62,735 nt of DNA, filler included, from Circinaria calcarea (GCA_051942165.1; 19 parts of 19 records of this genome joined end to end with filler, not necessarily neighbours in it), one strand, 5' to 3'; counted from the first letter of the whole stretch, positions 36,451-50,639 are shown. A program made the numbers and translations. The notes: generated by a model not told the origin, from the letters alone.

Positions 36451-38653
36451 AGCCGAGTTAGAAGAGCTTCGAGCTGCCAAGCCAGGATACGATTCTTGGC
36501 TTCGCCAGGAAGCAATATCATACCGACACCAGCTCAAAGCATCTGAAGAGAATGTAAAGGGACTGAGTGAACAGCTGGAGCGACTCCAAGAAAATCGTGT
36601 GGAGTTTGAAGAGGCCAAAGTGCTTGTGGCAGATCTACTCGAAGGTCAACAATCAGATACGGCCTTGCGAAACAAGCTCAAAGCACAGAACAACCAGCTC
36701 AGAAAACTAGGGTTCCGCGTGTACACTCAAATGATGCGGTTGGAAGCAACACTTCGCGCTAATAACAAAGTCATTGCTGATGATAGTTGGGATGCCCTGA
36801 TAGCCGAATCAGAGGAACTATTTTATGATGCAAATGAGCATGAAAACGAGATGTACGGCTCCGACGGCTTTCTCCGTGAGAGCCCAGGAGTGGGGAAAGA
36901 ATGTCACGCCCAGGGCTCTCCCATTGGCGGAGGTCTAGTTCCACTTCCGCTATTCTCCAAGGAGAATACCCCGGAAGCACAGGACGCAAACGGCGGGGAG
37001 GGTGGAAAATCGGGAGCAGAAGACGTTTCAGACTGTCAAGTGGACTCGGGTCCTAGAGATAGGCTAAGCAATGCGGAGCCGGTAGACGGCGGAGTACTTA
37101 GCGACTTTGCAAAAGCAAATCTTTTGCTAAAATCAAGGATGCTCGTAGTGAGCAACGAGAACCCTGGTAACGGAATCGAGCAGTCCCACACTAATTCCAG
37201 TTCTGATATATCCGCGAACGACGATCATGTACACCAAAAGAACTCCGCCTTGGCCGGTAATTCAGGGACCATGGATAGGTCCCTCCCAGTCCCAGTGGAT
37301 GTCGAACGCCAATTCGATGTTAGAACCGATGAAGAGACTGTGACCCAAGAAGCCAGAGAATGCAACCCTTTGGAAGCTAGCATAGATGAGCCCCACCGCC
37401 CAGATACCCCTACTGGCCTTGACGATGATCCATATAACCTCTCCAAAGAGGAAGCCAAGATATTAAACCAAACGGGACGTTTTCCAGAGCGATTTGCACT
37501 CCCCTCTACACAGATCGAAGAGGCAAAACGCTACTTGTACACTGGAAGTGATTGTGGAGAAATAGACGAAGAGAGCGATTCCCAACACGAGTGTGAACAG
37601 GAAGAGGATAGACAAGAAATGGTTGAGCCAGAAGAGAACGAACAAGCTGAGGACGGGCAAGATGGCGATGAACATGGTAGTCCTTTGCAGTATACTCAGC
37701 AAGGCTTGCCTCTCGATCCCCATGATATCCGCGAGTTGGTAGCCTCGACAATACCTGATGTCCAGAGCACAATGGGTTTGGCAAACCATGTTATGGTAAA
37801 TCCAGAAGTGACCGGGCTCATGGCGCTTTCAGGAAACGACACAGACTCCAAGGTCTCTGAAATTTTTGAAGCCGACGAAACTTCGTTGATCAACCAGGTA
37901 TCTATGACACAGGGTGAGACATTGGTTGTTCAAGACGAAGTTGGTAACAATATCTTTTATTTTGCAGCGAAGCCAAGCGCTGTACAGGATACCAACACCA
38001 AGACTAAGTTCAGTTTTACCGTACCCTCAAGCTATCCACAGGCGGAGGACGTTAAAGACATCTTAACAAACCAAAATTCTTCCCTAGGCAAAGATGACAA
38101 GGGAATCTTCCAGTTCACTGCAGCATCTAGTTGTTCACCAGGTAATGGTAATATAGATGTTCTCTCCTTTACCGGAGACTCGAGTTCGCCAATCGACAGC
38201 AACAACGGTAAAGGCGTCTTTAACTTCAAAGCGAGCTCAAGCATAAAAAGGAGCGTCACAGCCCAAACCGTTGATGGCGAGAACAAGGTGGACGAAAGGG
38301 TTGCCGGTAAGGACTCTGACACCAGCACGGTTGTTCTGGAGCCCCCTAAAGTCCCAAGAAATTTCCCAGTGGCAGATGGTCAAGATAAGGATGTCGGTCA
38401 TGTCGAAATTGATGCGAGTAGAGCAACGTCCGCAATCAAGAGTCTCTACCCCGGCGAGAGGGCCATTCCTCTGACAAATTCGGAAGAAACCTTGGACCTT
38501 TCGGCTCTTCGTGACGGCCAGGAAATACCGGTATCCTACACCCTACCAGCTGTGAAGGACAAAAAGCGGGAGAAAGCAAAGGCTACCAAGGACAATGGGA
38601 AGGCGGCGTTGAAAGTCGGAGGGCGCCGAATTCATCGGAAAATTAGACTCTAG
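36451..38653 (+). CDS. Hypothetical protein: N-terminal coiled coil, acidic disordered region, FxF repeats; 5' partial
   Basis: Over 700 codons open from the contig edge. Confidence 0.7.
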
Positions 38654-39970
38654 TAAGTCACCATAGCCTTCGCTGCCTCTACTAGAGCTAATAGAGACCT
38701 CTAGGACCATCACCAAGTCCTTCAACACGAAAATTGCTTTCGCTTTGCATCTTATCCACCATTACTTTCACGCCTATTCGGCAACGCATAAAAAAAGCGC
38801 ATACATCTCCAGGCACTTGGTACGCTCTCAAATTCTTGTTCATCCTCACTCTCGCTGACCAGACCTCATAGGTTATCTAACGAACCCGATGCTTTCTCAC
38901 TACAGCATACTTACGCTAGCATCTCTACACGACAGCATCATACACACCAGCATCCTGTCATCAACTTGCAATACATACACCAATGCCCTAATACTCCCCA
39001 CCACTACCGCATATCTACATCAACATACCTACATTTCAGCATACATTAAGTACAGCGCTTTAGTAATCCTCCTTCACAACACACATGCCAAATCATCCTC
39101 GCCAATCAACCATCCCGCTCCCCCAACATCAACACCCTCACAGCCAAAACACCAAAATCCCCCCTTTACTTCACCTGCCACCCCTTCAAAACACCAACAA
39201 AATTATCCCACATGTTCTACCCCCTTGCCCTTCCTTTCCCTTCCCTTCCCTTCCTTGCAAACATTCAGTCTATGTCCGACCTGGAGCATTCATTTGCCTC
39301 GGGTTGTTCATTCTGGGGCATTCATTTGCTTCGGGTGGTTGATGTACTGGGTTTTGCTCTGGTTTGGGAAGGGGGATAGGGGAGTTATGAGTGTGCTTGA
39401 TTCTGGGGAAAAAAGGACCAAATAAGAAACGGTTTGGTGAGTCTGGGGGTTAGGGTTAGGGGTAGGAGAGACGGAGAGATGGGTAGGAGGACATTTGGGG
39501 ACAAGGATGGAGGGATAGAGAAATGGGAAGACAAAGGGCCTGTGGAAAAGGGACGGATAGGGTGAGAGAAGGGGGAAAGGGGAAGTGGAGAGATATGGCG
39601 GCACGTCTGTTGGGAGTTTCAGTAGAAGGATGGGAGAGTCTGAGCCGATGCGGGNNNNNNNNNNNNNNNNNNNNNNNNNNNNNNNNNNNNNNNNNNNNTT
39701 AATTAATTAANNNNNNNNNNNNNNNNNNNNNNNNNNNNNNNNNNNNNNNNNNNNAAAGTGTAGGGATAAGGAGGGAAAGGGGGGTGGAGGGTAATTCTGC
39801 GCAGGTACGGCAAAGGTATGCATTTTGCATTTAGCATCTAGCATTTTGCATAAATGATAGCAAAAGGCGCAAGAGCGGCCCCTGCCTAACTTATACGCTC
39901 ACGCCAAGAGACGAAGCAAGAGCCCCACATTTTACCGTATTTCGAAAAATCCAGACTTTAATCCTCCCAT

Positions 39971-41555
39971 TCACCCTTTTACGCTTCCGCCAACGATAAC
40001 TGCCCCAATCGTGTCTCCGCGCCCTGTCTCGTTCTCGTTCCCCTTTCCAAACCCCAAGGAACTCCAACCCCCGGGGCCTCGCCCAGCAAAAACTCCTCCA
40101 CTCCTCCACTCCTTCTCCGTCCTTAGCCTTCCCCCTTTTTCCCCCGCCAGCATACTGATATCTAATGCCGCGAGCGAGAGCGGAACAGTCTGTCTCCGGC
40201 GGAAAGATGTTGTAGAGGATGAGTTTCGAATAGCCGGGTTTCCTGGCGGCGGCTGTTGTGCGGGAGAATGCCCGCGGATCGCGGAACAGGAGATGGGGAC
40301 ATGGGAGAGGACGTAGGTGCGTGCGCCTGGTTTTTTTTTTTTTTTTTTTTTTGGCGCGGCTTAGCTTAGTGGTTTGGTCTGGCACTGGGGCTTTGGTTTG
40401 GGAAAGGCAGAAAGGATAAAAGGTTTCCCGGGGGGGGGGGGAAGGAACTCATCTATTTACCGAGGATAGGTTACGGAGCCAGAGGATCGTGCTCCATGTA
40501 TTCGACACCAGCGTCAAACTCCGGCACCCAATTGATAATCGCAGCTGTACCCTGTATGATCAACCGCCCCGGTGGATTTGGAAATTTTCGCCTGAAAGCC
40601 TACAGATCACGGTCGTAGTAAATACTACCGGATATTTCAACGAAGAGCACCGCTTCTTTTTCGTCAGAGAGGCCGTTGAGTAGTTATTCTTGAACTGGGA
40701 AGCAGTCTACCCAGCTTGGTCTGGTGGTTGGGTATTCGAAGACGTAGTTATCGAGGTTCTGCATCACCTCCGGATATTGTCGGGGTAGGGATCAAAGAGC
40801 CCGAATTCAATGTGAGAGACGTATTGATGAGGTTCATTCCTACGACGAGCCAAGGAAAGACGCAATTTCCTTCTTAGAAACTCGGGTAGTTTCGCTATAG
40901 AGCTGAGGCGCAGATCCCAGCTGGAAAAACAGTTGTTAGCTGTGATAGTTCTTACTCCCGATGGGTTGACTCCATGTAGACCCACAGATACCTATTATCA
41001 GTTTGAACAGATAGTTTTGCTATCTCCTTCGTGACGGGAGTAGCGGCATACATTTGCTCCCCAACCTCTGCGACGAAACCTGTGGCGGTAAGGACCCGCA
41101 TGAGGCGGACTTGAACATGTCAACATCAGTGGCGTCCGGTAGTAAACCGGGCACGAAAAAACTTGTACCCACCGATAAGACGGCGCTCGCCTCCCGAAGC
41201 AGCCGCAAGCTCTACCGCAGACTTTGGACCCTTTGAATGCGCAAGGCGATTGAAAAGATCCAGATTGATGGCGATCTTCGAGCACATGGTACAACCCGGC
41301 TGGTGTGTTTCACGTCCGCGTCAGCATCATCTCCGTATGATTACCAGCATAGCGGTGCCAATCATATACCAAATGCCATATCAGCAACCACATCTTGCGG
41401 TTGTTCCAGCGCAGCTGTCAGCTCTCGGGACGCTCGCAGGGCCCGAAGACATCCAATCTTGTTAGTGGAGAAGTCGAAGTCGGGCTGGGCCACCACGGTG
41501 ATGATCTAGCTGATGAGGGAAGCGATGAGGTCGGCATCGCTGGTTGCAGCCGTAA
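39971..41555 (-). pseudogene. SAM-dependent O-methyltransferase (COMT/OmtA-like) pseudogene
   Basis: Collinear motifs SRELTAALEQP, IAINLDLFNRL, VRLMRVLTATGFVAEVGEQMYAATP, AVLFVEISGS, FPNPPGRLIIQ, MEHD..P*PI, KPGYSKLIL, TEKEWR. At least four in-frame stops plus frameshifts. Confidence 0.8.
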
Positions 41556-42156
41556 GGAGTCCAGTGGCTGGATGGTATTGAATGGCAGCACGATCAATCA
41601 AGGTGCAAAGAACTTCAACGGAGCAATGGGGATGATTTGGTGGTAACAGCTGCACTGTAAGATAACAGAACGGATCCGGATGTCTGTAATCCCGTTGTAC
41701 AAGCATTAATGAAGAACAGAATATCCGGGAGGAAAGAGGAACGGAAACACAGGAATTGGTTGACAAGAGGTATGAAATACACTAGAGGTTCCGGAACATT
41801 CTGCTGCTTCTTACTTTACGTGTGGCCCCGTGAGTCTGAATGACAAAGGACGTGATTGGCTGGTTTTGGCGTGTTAGCAATCTTCTGTGTGTAAGAGCCT
41901 TCAAAAGCCGATGAGGGTGTGATTATGAACGGAAAATACTTTTCTATTGGTATCGGATCCGAGACGCCTCTATGGAAGATGTCTCCGCCGTCATGCATGT
42001 CAAGCACTCACATACAAGTCGTCGCCCTCATTGCAGGAGATACGTCCTCCTACCATCTCTGACACACAAGCTGTGGCACATACTCTCCGATGCCAAATAG
42101 GTCCTCGCTATTCTTACCTCCCCATTTCCCTTATGGGCCCGAAATAATCCCAACAT

Positions 42157-42955
42157 TCAGACTTGTCCCATTGTCACCATCTTCTTCCGTAGATAATTCT
42201 TGTACTCCCCAATACTACCGTCCCAGCGCCTGATCGTTTTCTTTTCGCACACCATAATGTCTTTGGCAATCTTGTCGAGTAGCCTATTTGTATGCGTCAA
42301 CCCCGATCAATCAGTATATGGTGGAGGGTTAGCCTACCTGAAGTCGTGGGATACAACCACAACGCCTCCGCTAAAGGCGTTAATGGCATCCGCCAACGAA
42401 TCAATAGTCGGGATATCCAATCCGTTGGTAGGCTCATCCAGCAAAAGCATGTTAGGTCCATCAATAGCCAATAGCGCAAACACAATCCGGCTCTTCTGCC
42501 CTTCCGACAGGGTTCCCATCAATGCCGTCTGGGACTCGCCAGAGAGACCATACCGGCCCAGCTGTTGTCGCCAGTACTGGTAGTCTTGACTCTTGTCACT
42601 ATACTTGTCTCGAACAAAGTCCAAGGCTGATTTGGTAAGGTCGAGTTGCTCGGCAGAATGTTGGCTGTACATGCCAAGCTTCAGGTGAGTGTGCCGCGAG
42701 ACGACCCCAGAGGTGGGGGATAGCTTGCCCGTCATAAGCCGGAGCAGGGTCGATTTGCCAACACCATTAGGTCCCACGAGTGCAGTCCGAGAGTCCATGT
42801 CGACACCAAGGTCAAGGTTCTCGTATAGATTATCTTTGGGATTTCCAGAATAGGAAAATGTTACGTCGTCGAACGAAAGCACCGGAGGTGGCAATTTCTC
42901 GACGTCGGCAAAACGGAAAGTAAAGACTCGATCTTGGGCCACCGGCTGAATGAAA
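42157..42955 (-). CDS. ARB1: ABC-F protein Arb1/ABCF2, 5' partial
   Basis: GPNGVGKST Walker A, LSEGQKSR signature, [39 protein letters not shown]. Confidence 0.93.
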
Positions 42956-43055
42956 NNNNNNNNNNNNNNNNNNNNNNNNNNNNNNNNNNNNNNNNNNNNT
43001 TAATTAATTAANNNNNNNNNNNNNNNNNNNNNNNNNNNNNNNNNNNNNNNNNNNN

Positions 43056-44292
43056 TCATAAAGCAGCTCTTCTACAGTCTTGAGATTACCCAGACAGCGT
43101 TCGGCAAGCTGAACCTGTATATGGCACTCGTCAGGTGATCCATTAACAATGCGCCATAGAAATGTGGCTTTGGGTTTAGAGTGGGGACCTGCCCCAGGAA
43201 GCTGTGATACGGATGCCGGCCAGTACCACTGGTCGCGAATTGATGTCCATAGGGGAAGTACCGTTTCAACTGGGCTTGATGTAACTTTTCCTTCCAGAAA
43301 TTCTTCGACATCGGTCTCTCTGAATGATCGTGACTGGTTGTAATCAAAGTCGACTTGGCGAAACTCAATATGAGGCTGATGGCCCCACCGCCTGATGAAT
43401 TTTTTCTTTGCCTTCCACTTCTCTCGAACTCCACAGCTCATACTTAGCTTCAGACCCTTAAGCTCATCTCTGATCTCTCCACAAGTCCAGCGAGATATCT
43501 GCAGCATCTGACGTAGGCCTTCTACACAATCACTCGGTACATCATCTTCCACACTCGGGCTCAAGCCATCCCCAATCACAAAGGCTTCGTTGACAATATC
43601 CTCGACAGCTGACCCTTTTCGACAATGGGATGCTCTCCGCTGCTTGAGAAAACCCTTCGCGATTTGACTCAAAGTACGAACCACGAGGTATTTCTGCCGG
43701 CAATTTTGACAGGCTTGGTCGAACGGCCGCATTGATTCCACGCCATTGTTTGGGGCCGTTAGCATTCTTACGCTATCTTTACTACCCCAACGTCTTGCTA
43801 TTTGGTATATCGTGCTAATGCTGCCGGATCTCTCGTTTGGAATTGATCCATAGCCGTCTTGGCTTTCTTGATCACGGCGGTTTCCGATACGGCAAACACA
43901 TTTGCTATAAATTATTAGCGTTCATCTTCTTGTTGAACGAGCAAGGGTGCTTACAGTCTCTGTAGGCACCGAGCGTGCAAAGAAATTGCGTTGGGATTAC
44001 CATCATCGATAGCCATAACTTTGCATTCCTCGGTGTCATCAAAAGTAGTCGCAGGTGATTGTGATTGCGGATCTGATTTGGCAGCAGTCGGCGCCACCGG
44101 CTCTGGTGGCTCCAAGTCCGGTCTTCGCGGCGTCATCCCCGTCAGATTAAATGGCTGCATGGCGTCGGGGAAGGCAGGCTCTATGTTGTCATGGAACCCC
44201 TCGATGATAGGGCCGGCGAGTAGACTGCGTGGTAAGCTCCTCCTCTTTTGGCCGAGCTGCATTGGAACCTCGAAGGAGTAGGGCATCTCCAT
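43056..44292 (-). CDS. Hypothetical fungal protein, 3' partial, at least 2 exons
   Basis: ORF 44292-43951 joins via a GTAAGC..CTAAT..TAG intron to a long frame running into the spacer. Confidence 0.6.
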
Positions 44293-45717
44293 GTCGGGTT
44301 CTATAAAAATTTAAGGGGAAGTACAGATAAGTGTTGTTGGTGGTGTACGAAAAGTGGACTTGCTGGCTGTTGGAGACACAACGCATAAAATCCATCGATG
44401 AATACAGAACGGGATGGGCGGTTGCTAGTGTACATATGATGGTTGAGAATTGGTCGATAACAGAATAGACTAAACTTAGAAAACAGATGACACAATAACA
44501 GGTTACAAATGGGTTCGGATGTACAAGCTTCAGCACTTCGACAACATGCGAAGCGAAAGGACAGATGTGGTTAGATCATTGACGCTCAACACCTACTATT
44601 ACTCTTGAGTTCTATAGAGTTAGAGCGTAACGTTTTAGATTTTCCGACTTATCAACACTGCTGATAAAAGATACTAATTACCAGCTTCCGCGTCTAATAT
44701 CTAGAGGTCCCTAGGAACGACCCCCGGAATATACTATGCTAGGCTTGAGCTATCTTCGAGCATTGGTAACAACATAATACCAATAGGAAGATACGAGTCT
44801 GGACCGTGGCAGAAATTTCTCTGCCAGAGCTCTCAATCATTCAACGAACGATAGGTATGGAGGAATGCTTCATGACTTTACCATCACGCACTTACCAAAG
44901 GGAAAAAGAAAACATCGGCCAACAGCTCATTACCGTGAACGATTGAAAGAGACATAGGATCTATCGTATGGTAAGCCACTACACACCCAAAGTACAGAGG
45001 TAGGCATGTTCATTTTCCCGGAAAGATCTGCACCCTCAACACAGCCAGGGAATGGACGGGGTAGGGATCATCATCAAGAAATGCACAATCACTTTGGCGA
45101 GTCCATGGTATTCAGGCAGATATTATTTATAGCTTAGCTCCCTAAAGACGTGCTAAGAAAGGATAAATTCATATATAAAACCTAGCTCCAAGGTTGTACA
45201 GTAGGTTCACTCAGCCCTAGCATTTTTGTACGGCGGACAATTGACCTTAGCGTCCAAGTTCTAAGGATAGAATTAGCTTTCCTAACTGCGGGTTAGCGTC
45301 CGTGTCCAAGCTCTTCGGCGCCAAGACTTCTATTCCTAACCAGCCCGGGGAACCATCATCACTGCAATTGCTCGATTGGGCTCATGGAGCTGTTTCCACG
45401 TTTCTCCCTTGAGACGTGGGGGAAAAATGGCCGAGTTTTCCACATCATTCAGTGGCGCATTTGCAAAAATGAGGGTCGTATCCGGCTCTGGGCGGGACTC
45501 TACATCTGACATACGTCATCTGTAATGGCCGTACGCGTCCTTGGGAGAAGTAGTCATCGTATGGTAAGATATGAGTATTGACTACTAATTCTTCTCGAAC
45601 TCTATGCACAGGATCAATCTCATGCAAATTCCTCATACCTGACATCTACGTGACTCAAGACCTTCCCTTTCCTAACAAACCCGACGGTCATTGCCTTTTT
45701 GCACCTCTTTACCAACC

Positions 45718-46256
45718 ATGCCCAATTTCTCCTCCATCTCCATTCCCTCTTGGGACAAAACCAAAACCGCATCTAAGGGAAAGCTTGATAAAGCATGGGC
45801 CACCACCAAACCGGGTCTCGAAAAAGCTTATACAACCACTAAGCCCGGTTTCGACAAAGCTTGGGCTGTCCTGGATAAGCTCGCTGTCCCCGTGAACAAC
45901 CTCTCTAATAAGCTTGGCTCGGAAGCTTTTTGGCCGACAACCCTCGACAAGGAATCCGACAAGGCAGCGCGGATTCTACGGAGTTTCTGCAAGGATGGCT
46001 TCTACACCGATGACAAGGGGATGGAAAGTCCAAAGACCCCCAACAGTCCAAAGAATGCCAACAGCCCAGGGACCCCAAACAGTCCCAGAGGCAAGCAACG
46101 AGTCATCCAAAAGATCCCCTCCAAAGTCATCCAAAACGCCAAAGGCCTCGCAATCTTCACCACCTGCCGCACCGGTTTCTGGGTCAGTGGCGCCAGTGGC
46201 AGCGGCATCATTGTCGCGCGAAAAGAAAACGGCGAGTGGTCCCCCCCTTCCGGCAT
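45718..46256 (+). CDS. Ysc84/SYLF-domain protein (Lsb3/Lsb4-related), 3' partial
   Basis: NKLGSEAFWPTTLDKESDKAARILRSFC, KIPSKVIQNAKGLAIFT, SGASGSGIIVAR..WSPPSG. Confidence 0.88.
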
Positions 46257-47119
46257 NNNNNNNNNNNNNNNNNNNNNNNNNNNNNNNNNNNNNNNNNNNN
46301 TTAATTAATTAANNNNNNNNNNNNNNNNNNNNNNNNNNNNNNNNNNNNNNNNNNNNATTCTGGGGTGGAAAAAAGGGGGTGGGTGGCGCTCGAGGGTGTC
46401 GTAGATGTGCTTTTCGGCGAGCAGGGAGGGTTTGACGGCGAGGGGAAGTTGGGCGAAGCATGCTTCCCGGTGGTGTCTGTTGCCCTAGGATTTGGGAATG
46501 AGGGATGGTGGAGGGTTGGAGAGGGCATGATTTTGAGGTGTTTAGGATTTGTTGCAAACCATTCGTTTTCTTTTTCCTTTGAAGAGCCCTCCTATTGAGG
46601 AAGTGAGAGTTGCGGGGGTGATAGTAAGATGCGAGAATATAAATCCAGTCTTTCGAGTGGTACAAGTGAAACATCATTGCTTTGAAGGGTCGAAATGGCC
46701 TCCTTGCGTCCATTGTTTCCCCTAGCCTTAAAATGTATCCAAAGTTCAACTCCCTTACATCCGTTGCCGGAACGTCATCTCCGCAGATACAGGGGATCAG
46801 AAACTGCTCGTGCTCACATTTTAGGTTATACGTTACGCCCCCCCCCCCCGAAAGACAAACACCGCTGCTATGAAAACTCGTACATTGGTAGTCGAACTTG
46901 TAAGAGGCTAACAGGTAAGAGAGTAGTCCAGCTCCCGAACTCACTAAAACTTGATAAACGTCTTCTCAAAAAGTCTGAACCCACGGTTTCCCTGACTGGC
47001 TTAGCTCTTTGTGATGAGGCAGGCCAAAGTAGGCCAAGGAACGCAAAGAACTGTCAGGGGTGGCAGAGTCCGGCTTAATTCCTTTACCTCGTTCTCATTT
47101 CAAGGCATCCAACGCCTAA

Positions 47120-49465
47120 TCAAACATATAACTTTTTCTTCGACAACTTACCCTTTGAGAAATCTGTATCTCTGTCCATGTTTACAAACGCCAGGTGGCC
47201 TTCGGCTTGATCGCAGGCGATATCGGCCAGTTGAACTTTCATCTTGGCAAGATATCTAGCACGCTCGAGACCATCTAACGTGTGACCCCCGTTGGGCAAT
47301 ACAACGTGCGGGTTATCTCTGGTCATGGTGGAGATATAGCCGAGGATGTCTGGAGCAGTCGCCGTGTACTTGAGGATAAGGCCGGCAATGGCGCAAGCTT
47401 GCAGTACCAATGTAATTATTAGTAAAAGACCGATGAATGGGTAACTGGCATCGTACACCAAGACCTCTCGGGTAATCGTAGCTGTTGTAGATGCCAAAGG
47501 AATTGGATTGGCGAAGTCAGTCGCGGCACTGAAATTCCCCGTAGCGCCAAGGGCAATACCGAAGGGTGCCAATGAACTTTGCCAGACCGTATTAAAGATC
47601 GTCGTCAGTCTCTTCGAGAAATTCCGCCCTGTGACAACGGCAAAGTTGGGGGCAACTGGTTCAAATCCGGGTACCATAGGCGAATCACTCCCAAGCATAT
47701 ACTGATCTATAGGAGAAGAGTGTCCAGAATACGAGGTTCCCGTCGCAAAGGGTAAAAATAGTAATATACTGTCGATCATGCGCGGAATGAACGGCATTGT
47801 ATATGAGGACCTTGTATCTACCTCGGATCTTCGCATACGTTTGGCGGCGCAGGAATCTCCATCACAGGTAATATCTGACTCCACTCTTGCAACAGCCAGG
47901 CTGCAATTAAAAAGCTCCAGGGCAGAGACATTATCAGGAACGCCTGAAAGTGAGGCGTAAATTAAGTTGAGAGGGCCCTTGAGCTCCGGGTCCCCAGTTA
48001 GGTCCGAAAAACTTGTATCCATAAAGAAAGTGGTACTTCGGTTCACCTCCACAAGGGTGCCCCCGGGCCCCCAGGTCCTGTCTGCTGGAGCTATAAAGGG
48101 CCAACTAGTGTTATGAAGGCGAAGTCCTTCTTTAAAAACTTCATCATACGATCCGTTTGATGAAGCATTAAACCAAGTACTATCAGAGCATGCAAAATCA
48201 ATATAAGATGACTCGAGGGTAAACGTTGAGATACCAGTTGTAGGAAGCCCATGAATCATTAGACCACTAAGCGAGGACCAGACCGTATCTGCTGTTTGAT
48301 TGATAAAAACCCATGGGTTTTCTGGAGCCGGGTCTTCGAAAGGGGATAAGTCGTCAAGCCTTGGAATTTTCACATTGTTCCACGAATCAACAGGCGAGTT
48401 TAGGACGGTGTCTGGTTCAAGCAAGCTAGCCAGCAATAGAGCACGGATAGCGGAAGCGTCATTATACAAACCGCTGCCTGAACGAAAGACTGACATGACA
48501 TCGTCGCCGTTATCAATCAAGCTAACGTTGAAGTAATCGACTTGACGTTGTTCAATGATATTTGTGTTCGTAACCGCAAGGGTACGTAGGGAACACTGAC
48601 CGCCTAGAGGTGACAGTAACCATAGGATGATGATAGTAGTTCCGATGATACCGAACCGACGAAGCAGGACAATTCGTTCAATTGCTCCAGCCAAGCTCTG
48701 GCTACCTATAAGCTGCTCGAGCAGCTGGTGTAGATCAGCATCGTCATACAACACTACAAATTGTTTTCTTGATAGTCATGGCTGCTTACACCTAATTCGG
48801 TGCCCTGCTCTGCGCGCCTCAACGCAATCCCCTTCATCAACCTTGCCGCAATAGCTGCAAAAACAATTGGGAAGACTGTTGGTCCGAGCGTGTTCCCTTT
48901 TCTGATATTGGCACCAAACTTCGACAACTGTTTCTTATCCAAAGAAAGGGCGCAGGCCGCAAAAACTAGAGGGAATCGTGTCAGCGAGTATCCCAGGTTG
49001 AGTATAACTACTTTTATTTCTGCTTGGAAAAGCAATAGACCCCTTTCAAGCTGAATAAAATGTAGTACTCATCCGCAAGGGTTGAAAAGTATATAATGAG
49101 GAGAAAGGGCACATGAAGTGGAGAGTAACGAGTATAGGAACGACATGGACGGCGGACTTACCGAGGAACACCACCGGGAGAAGCGTAACAAGAACATCCC
49201 AGCATAGCACAAAATAGGTAAGTGTAGTTCGTTTCCTCAATAACTGGGGTTTAGTTGGCCAGTCTTTGTCGTCATCTTTGTTTTTATATTCATTTAGGCA
49301 TTCTTCTGTATCAATTATTCGATAGGCCCCGTGCGTGGTCGCTGCTGGAACAGGTTTCCGCTTTAAGTTGTGTGACCTTGCGAGAGGGGAAGACTTGGCG
49401 TTGGCATGAAAGACCTGTAAATCATTCGGGCAGGCCTCGTAGCTAAGAGGAGAGGCTAGGGCCAT
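47120..49465 (-). CDS. Fungal multi-pass membrane glycoprotein of unknown function, 3 exons
   Basis: LGPTVFPIVFAAIAAR, LLEQLIGSQSL, LWLLSPLGGQ, PDILGYISTMTRDNPH, TLDGLERARYL; many NxS/T sites. Confidence 0.75.
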
Positions 49466-50639
49466 TTCAACATAGAACAGTTGTTTTTCCCGACTGGTTC
49501 TATGGGGTGGTGTTGGTTTCGATGCTTGTATCAAGAGGGATTAACTGTTATTGNNNNNNNNNNNNNNNNNNNNNNNNNNNNNNNNNNNNNNNNNNNNTTA
49601 ATTAATTAANNNNNNNNNNNNNNNNNNNNNNNNNNNNNNNNNNNNNNNNNNNNGGAGTGGGAGGAGCACACGAGGAGTAAAAAGCACAAAGGTCTGCTAA
49701 AGCGTGCCCAACAGGGCTCTGAGTTGAGCTGCCGGAAGGGAAAACGGCCGGCCGTAATAGGAGGAATGAAAGATGATCTCGACTGTGGAGATTCGCAGGG
49801 GGAGAAAGAATCCAACGGTTCTGCAGTGTTCAAACCCGTTGATGAGATGGTGTCCTCTCGGCGAGTTTACATCTAGGCCGGCCTCGATGGTTATGGAGCT
49901 GCCTCGGTGCATGGTACACTTTCAGGATGGATAGAGGCCTCAGGAGCGTGCACAAATGGAGCGCGAACGGTCTCTCGGAATTCCCAGCCAAAGCAATTGG
50001 CGCAGCAAAGGGTTGAGTATCTTCATTGAGGTCCACTTCTAGGATGCTGAGATGAAGCTGCCTCGCTCCCATCAGTGAGCTATTGTCCCGATGGGACGGA
50101 TGCCTCGATAACAAACTCCAGGAAATCTTCGGTTGCCGCCGGACATTTGTGCTATGCTTTACCTATCCGGGAATGTTTGCAACCAACCTTGCTGACAGCG
50201 TAAATATGTAGGTGAATAGATGGGCAGTGACTGGAGTAGTTTTCTGAATGGCCCGCAGTGGCCTCCTATACTTCATGAGCGACAGGAGACGGTGTCAGGG
50301 CAAGATGATGACGTTAGCAGTACAGCTAGGCGGAGCATTGCCACAGGAAAACGGATGGAGTTCAAGTAGACTCGGGTCTCCGGAATTGAGGTTCGCGCCT
50401 GAGGAGAAGAAATGGCTGGATCGGGTGGACTAAACCTAGCGTGCCTAGGTTTTAGAAGATGCAACACCCGTCGAATTAATTTCCAAAATATATTCCATGA
50501 GATCATATTATTAGCCCGAGCATTCTTCCTCTGATGGATAATACTACACAATGACCCAGATCCAGCTCGAATGATTTCATTGCGTTTTCACCGCTCTACA
50601 CGAACACCAAGACTGGCAAAATACGAGGGCAAAATAATA

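Noticed and set aside
12423..41555. Secondary-metabolite cluster (LovD-like esterase, O-methyltransferase, transporters)
   Set aside because: The genes lie on different contigs and no PKS or NRPS is present.
50431..50453. 9-bp inverted repeat TAAACCTAG..CTAGGTTTA
   Set aside because: Short enough to occur by chance, with no supporting context.
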